A DNA stretch of 64,000 bases from an uncultured Nitrososphaerota archaeon (GTDB lineage Archaea > Thermoproteota > Nitrososphaeria > Nitrososphaerales > CADDZS01), in the NCBI GenBank assembly GCA_963799845.1, contig CAWCYI010000004.1, positions 1,888,001 through 1,952,000 on the forward strand, given 5' to 3'. This document shows positions 63,250-64,000 of the stretch, one piece after another; the first letter of the stretch is position 1, and each line of letters opens with the position of its first letter. Made by a program: the position numbers and the translations under genes. Under the pieces are notes generated by a model. The model saw only the letters and a list, made by a program, of their open reading frames with translations, had not been told where the DNA came from and made no database searches.

Positions 63250-63539
63250 TTTTTCCCCGATCCCTGCAGTACCTGCTTCATTGCGTCGTTTGCGATTGTT
63301 AGTTCTCCAATGAGCTTCTTCAATCGCTCCACCTCTGCCTCCTTCTCCTTCCCCGGATCCTTCAGACCTCCAGTGAGGGCAAGCTTTCCACCGTGAATGA
63401 ATTTCTCCCTCCACTGGTAGAATGTCCCTGGAGTGAGGTTGTACTTCCTGCAGAGCTCGGACATGGAGATGTTGGTGTTCAAAGATTCAAGGACTATCCT
63501 GATCTTGTCATCAGGACTCCACCTCGAGTTTCTTGGCAT
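63246..63539 (-). CDS. IS3 OrfA (HTH + leucine zipper)
   Basis: WSPDDKIRIV...ELCRKY...FYQW; ATGA overlap with OrfB after GGGGAAAAAA. Confidence 0.9.
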   Translation of the reverse strand: MPRNSRWSPDDKIRIVLESLNTNISMSELCRKYNLTPGTFYQWREKFIHGGKLALTGGLKDPGKEKEAEVERLKKLIGELTIANDAMKQVLQGSGKK

Positions 63540-63830
63540 GCTTCTATCTTGGACCTCCACTGCTTGCAGTAAAAGGTTCTCCATATTGGGGTGTGTCTAA
63601 TGTGCGTGGGTCCTCACCAACATCCTAATCGCCCTGGCAATTGCCCTTCCGCTTTGGGCGATGTTCGTTTTCTTTTTCATCGGAGTGTAAAGCAAGTTGA
63701 CCAACTAGGACTCAGCAAAGTGTAACGCTGAACGCTTTTAGCCAGCATCGGCACATCTCTCCGCTTGCTTGTTTAGCCCGCTACATCTTGGTGTCCCAAT
63801 TCATACTCCTGACAGATTGAGCTGGAAACT

Positions 63831-64000
63831 TTGGACAATACAGAATTCATACTCTCCAAACTAGACTCGGCGATAGTTAGCGCCAAGAATATTGATCTGG
63901 GTTCTTCCATAATTAGTGCGATCCTGGGCCTCGCATCCATATTCCTAGCTCTTGCCGCGATTCTCCCGCCATCCGTTCTGGGACTCTTTCGATTCCTGTT
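63831..64000 (+). CDS. Membrane protein, runs off the window end
   Basis: MDNTEFILSKLDSA...IISAILGLASIFLALAAIL; open to the end. Confidence 0.45.
   Translation, partial: MDNTEFILSKLDSAIVSAKNIDLGSSIISAILGLASIFLALAAILPPSVLGLFRFL

Larger units (their letters stand above)
62352..63619 (-). mobile_element. IS3-family insertion sequence (1268 bp) with TG...CA ends, imperfect TIRs and a 4-bp TSD (ACAT)
   Basis: Ends TGATCTGGACCC...TTAGACACAC and TGGTGAGGACCC...TTAGACACAC; ACAT at 62348-62351 and 63620-63623. Confidence 0.93.
62152..63690 (+). pseudogene. M50 peptidase C-terminal fragment interrupted by the IS3 element
   Basis: NMLPIPPIDG motif. Excising the IS restores KNNILIALAIALPLWAMFVFFFIGV*. 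Confidence 0.75.

Noticed and set aside
1268-63396. Numerous antisense or overlapping ORFs in the track (e.g. 1712..2173, 7062..7550, 44637..45095, 49767..50270)
   Set aside because: Shadows of well-supported genes on the other strand or frame.

Overview
Archaeal chromosome segment. TFB, TBP, thermosome, CDC48 and TRAM sequences point to Nitrososphaerota (Thaumarchaeota), probably a non-ammonia-oxidising soil-type lineage; that placement is an inference. The first 31 kb holds metabolic, transport and signalling genes: a divergent TFB, archaeal asparagine synthetase, two class III adenylyl cyclase-TPR proteins, GAPN, two secreted BNR-repeat proteins, a TrmB locus, a Mo/W ABC uptake locus with two Tfx regulators and a Mop protein, and a CADD-like oxidase. 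From 31 to 53 kb lies a stress/proteostasis island (Hsp20, thermosome, TFB, a single-repeat half-TBP, CDC48, hemerythrin, TRAM, SPFH) packed with Cys/His microproteins, several missing from the ORF track, including a metallothionein-like peptide. The last 11 kb has two MFS pumps, a SWIM/IS6-like transposase remnant, a TetR, a V4R protein and an intact IS3 element with a 4-bp target duplication. Main observations: (i) about 11 frameshifts fall in or beside AGCT, most likely a footprint of AGCT methylation in long-read base-calling, with AGC-UGA-C +1 recoding as the alternative; (ii) a conserved non-canonical promoter, CTYGACATAGRCN-TATA, drives two divergent gene pairs in the stress island; (iii) candidate Tfx and TrmB operators; (iv) several conserved N-termini begin at ACG, CTG, GCG or ATT. 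All calls come from reading motifs by eye; no database search was run.
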